From Utricularia gibba (lineage: Eukaryota; Plantae; Magnoliophyta), in the NCBI GenBank assembly GCA_002189035.1, contig NEEC01000060.1, positions 1-58,404 of the forward strand: DNA of 58,404 nt, in the 5' to 3' direction. Below, piece after piece: positions 54,901 to 58,404 of the stretch. Position 1 is the stretch's first letter. Each line of letters starts with the position of its first letter. The notes under the pieces are model-generated. The model saw nothing but the letters and a program-made list of their open reading frames with translations. It was not told the origin of the DNA and ran no database searches. The position numbers and the translations under genes are program-made.

Positions 54901-57238
54901 TGTCTTCCGTGTCCTTCCTTGGTGGCTGCGTTTAAGAATGTGCTTCTCGTTCTCGACATTGATGCAAATGGGATACACGGCAAAAGAATCAAATAGCCAC
55001 TAGAGACATGGTGTATGGGAATGGTGCATCAAGAATCAGAAGTATCATAGCAACTAATTGAATCAATCAACAGCCAAAACATATGGTGTCAAACTTCATC
55101 GGATATGCGATCAAGATGGAAAAAAGTCACATGTTACATCATGAATTTCGTGGCATCACTTATCCCAACACTGTTGTATACTCAGGATATGCGTAAATAT
55201 TTATTTTTAACAAATCCGGTGCACGTGTGATTTTTCGGCTGCATCCCGAATGGTGATGCGCAATGAAATGACTATGTCGCACATCCTGGTCCACGAAGCA
55301 CCTCTTCGAAAACATGTAGAGCCTTACTCTTCATAGCACACCATTGGGAAGCTTTATTCGTGCTCCAAGTAATATCATATGGAGTTACGTTTTTCCGATA
55401 ACTGTGGACATATTAAAAACAACCTCAACGAAAAGTGTCTTCCGTGTCCTTCCTTGGTGGCTGCGTCTAAGAATGTGCTTCTCGTTCTCGACATTGATGC
55501 AAATGGGATACACGGCAAAAGAATCAAATAGCCACTAGAGACATGGTGTATGGGAATGGTGCATCAAGAATCAGAAGTATCATAGCAACTAATTGAATCA
55601 ATCAACAGCCAAAACATATGGTGTCAAACTTCATCGGATATGCGATCAAGATGGAAAAAAGTCACATGTTACATCATGAATTTCGTGGCATCACTTATCC
55701 CAACACTGTTGTATACTCAGGATATGCGTAAATATTTATTTTTAACAAATCCGGTGCACGTGTGATTTTTCGGCTGCATCCCGAATGGTGATGCGCAATG
55801 AAATGACTATGTCGCACATCCTGGTCCACGAAGCACCTCTTCGAAAACATGTAGAGCCTTACTCTTCATAGCACACCATTGGGAAGCTTTATTCGTGCTC
55901 CAAGTAATATCATATGGAGTTACGTTTTTCCGATAACTGTGGACATATTAAAAAACAACCTCAACGAAAAGTGTCTTCCGTGTCCTTCCTTGGTGGCTGC
56001 GTCTAAGAATGTGCTTCTCGTTCTCGACATTGATGCAAATGGGATACACGGCAAAAGAATCAAATAGCCACTAGAGACATGGTGTATGGAATGGTGCATC
56101 AAGAATCAGAAGTATCATAGCAACTAATTGAATCAATCAACAGCCAAAACATATGGTGTCAAACTTCATCGGATATGCGATCAAGATGGAAAAAAGTCAC
56201 ATGTTACATCATGAATTTCGTGGCATCACTTATCCCAACACTGTTGTATACTCAGGATATGCGTAAATATTTATTTTTAACAAATCCGGTGCACGTGTGA
56301 TTTTTCGGCTGCATCCCGAATGGTGATGCGCAATGAAATGACTATGTCGCACATCCTGGTCCACGAAGCACCTCTTCGAAAACATGTAGAGCCTTACTCT
56401 TCATAGCACACCATTGGGAAGCTTTATTCGTGCTCCAAGTAATATCATATGGAGTTACGTTTTTCCGATAACTGTGGACATATTAAAAACAACCTCAACG
56501 AAAAGTGTCTTCCGTGTCCTTCCTTGGTGGCTGCGTCTAAGAATGTGCTTCTCGTTCTCGACATTGATGCAAAATTTCGTGGCATCACTTATCCCAACAC
56601 TGGATACACGGCAAAAGAATCAAATAGCCACTAGAGACATGGTGTAAGGAATGGTGCATCAAGAATCAGAAGTATCATAGCAACTAATTGAATCAATCAA
56701 CAGCCAAAACATATGGTGTCAAACTTCATCGGATATGCGATCAAGATGGAAAAAAGTCACATGTTACATCATGAATTTCGTGGCATCACTTATCCCAACA
56801 CTGTTGTATACTCAGGATATGCGTAAATATTTATTTTTAACAAATCCGGTGCACGTGTGATTTTTCGGCTGCATCCCGAATGGTGATGCGCAATGAAATG
56901 ACTATGTCGCACATCCTGGTCCACGAAGCACCTCTTCGAAAACATGTATGTAGAGCCTTACTCTTCATAGCACACCATTGGGAAGCTTTATTCGTGCTCC
57001 AAGTAATATCATATGGAGTTACGTTTTCCGATAACTGTGGACATATTAAAAACAACCAACGAAAAGTGTCTTAGGTGTCCTTCCTTGGTGGCTGCGTTAC
57101 GTAAGAATGTGCTTCTCGTTCTCGACATTGATGCAAAATGGTGCATCAAGATACACGGCAAAAGAATCAAATAGCCACTAGAGACATGGTGTATGGAATG
57201 GTGCATCAAGAATCAGAAGTATCATAGCAACTAATTGA

Positions 57239-57339
57239 ATCAATCAACAGCCAAAACATATGGTGTCAAACTTCATCGGATATGCGATCAATCAACAGCC
57301 AAAACATATGGTGTCAAACTTCATCGGATATGCGATCAA
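57239..57339. repeat. 48-bp tandem duplication inside one C monomer
   Basis: ATCAATCAACAGCC...GGATATGCG occurs at 57239 and again at 57287, bounded by ATCAA. Confidence 0.93.
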
Positions 57340-58404
57340 GATGGAAAAAAGTCACATGTTACATCATGAATTTCGTGGCATCACTTATCCCAACACTGTT
57401 GTATACTCAGGATATGCGTAAATATTTATTTTTAACAAATCCGGTGCACGTGTGATTTTTCGGCTGCATCCCGAATGGTGATGCGCAATGAAATGACTAT
57501 GTCGCACATCCTGGTCCACGAAGCACCTCTTCGAAAACATGTAGAGCCTTACTCTTCATAGCACACCATTGGGAAGCTTTATTCGTGCTCCAAGTAATAT
57601 CATATGGAGTTACGTTTTTCCGATAACTGTGGACATATTAAAAACAACCTCAACGAAATGTGTCTTCCGTGTCCTTCCTTGGTGGCTGCGTTTAATAATG
57701 TGCTTCTCGTTCTCGACATTGATGCAAAAAGATACACGGCAAAAGAATCAAATAGCCACTAGAGACATGGTGTAAGGAATGGTGCATCAAGAATCAGAAG
57801 TATCATAGCAACTAATTGAATCAATCAACAGCCAAAACATATGGTGTCAAACTTCATCGGATATGCGATCAAGATGGAAAAAAGTCACATGTTACATCAT
57901 GAATTTCGTGGCATCACTTATCCCAACACTGTTGTATACTCAGGATATGCGTAAATATTTATTTTTAACAAATCCGGTGCACGTGTGATTTTTCGGCTGC
58001 ATCCCGAATGGTGATGCGCAATGAAATGACTATGTCGCACATCCTGGTCCACGAAGCACCTCTTCGAAAATATGTAGAGCCTTACTCTTCATAGCACACC
58101 ATTGGGAAGCTTTATTCGTGCTCCAAGTAATATCATATGGAGTTACGTTTTTCCGATAACTGTGGACATATTAAAAACAACCTCAACGAAAAGTGTCTTC
58201 CGTGTCCTTCCTTGGTGGCTGCGTTTAATAATGTGCTTCTCGTTCTCGACATTGATGCAAAAAGATACACGGCAAAAAGAATCAAATAGCCACTAGAGAC
58301 ATGGTGTATGGGAATGGTGCATCAAGAATCAGAAGTATCATAGCAACTAATTGAATCAATCAACAGCCAAAACATATGGTGTCAAACTTCATCGGATATG
58401 CGAT

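Larger units (their letters stand above)
1..58404. repeat. Tandem satellite array, ~535-bp monomer, ~110 copies, head-to-tail; runs off both window edges
   Basis: The same motifs (e.g. GGCAAAAGAATCAAATAGCCACTAGAGACATGGT) recur every 523-536 bp from base 1 to the end. ORF-track starts repeat at exactly 535-bp steps (e.g. 38535, 39070, 39605 ... 43885). Confidence 0.99.
8932..58404. repeat. Homogeneous monomeric array of variant C (535 bp), ~93 copies, a few damaged monomers
   Basis: C-diagnostic alleles (GACTATGTCG, CCACGAAG, CTTCGAAAACATGTAGAGCC, CACACCATTGGGAAGCTTTATTCGTG) appear first at 8932 and then in essentially every unit. Confidence 0.97.

Noticed and set aside
9-58296. All listed 60-121-aa ORFs on both strands
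   Set aside because: They are translations of the repeat. Many start at TTG/GTG, they appear or vanish with 1-bp indels, they change frame between A/B and C, and I recognise no protein motif.
1-58404. CRISPR array, CENP-B box, telomeric repeats, tRNA genes
   Set aside because: There are no variable spacers between short repeats, and no TTCGnnnnAnnCGGG, TTTAGGG/TTAGGG runs or tRNA A/B-box cloverleaf were found in the monomer.
1-58404. Assignment to a named satellite family, a species, or a centromeric/subtelomeric location
   Set aside because: I do not recognise the sequence, and similar monomer length alone is not evidence. It needs BLAST against PlantSat, Repbase or nt, plus genome context.

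Overview
The whole 58.4-kb window is one head-to-tail tandem array of about 110 copies of a ~535-bp unit (41% GC by hand count). There is no unique sequence, and the ORFs are repeat artefacts rather than credible genes. Positions 1 to ~8.9 kb form a two-monomer higher-order repeat (A ~536 bp + B ~523 bp, period ~1,057 bp, 8.5 copies). This switches abruptly to ~93 near-identical copies of a third variant, C (535 bp). A fourth variant, D, appears at the right edge and near 27.8 kb. Main observation: on the minus strand every monomer carries a ~116-nt segment that aligns end to end with land-plant 5S rRNA. Identity is about 55-60% by hand alignment to a 5S sequence recalled from memory. A T6 run follows at the expected Pol III terminator position, while the internal promoter and helix I are broken. 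The array therefore looks like a satellite derived from an entire decayed 5S rDNA unit (gene plus ~415-bp spacer). This needs confirmation with an Infernal/BLAST search. Several scrambled or deleted monomers and recurrent indels at subfamily-diagnostic sites suggest the assembly here is partly a collapsed consensus.
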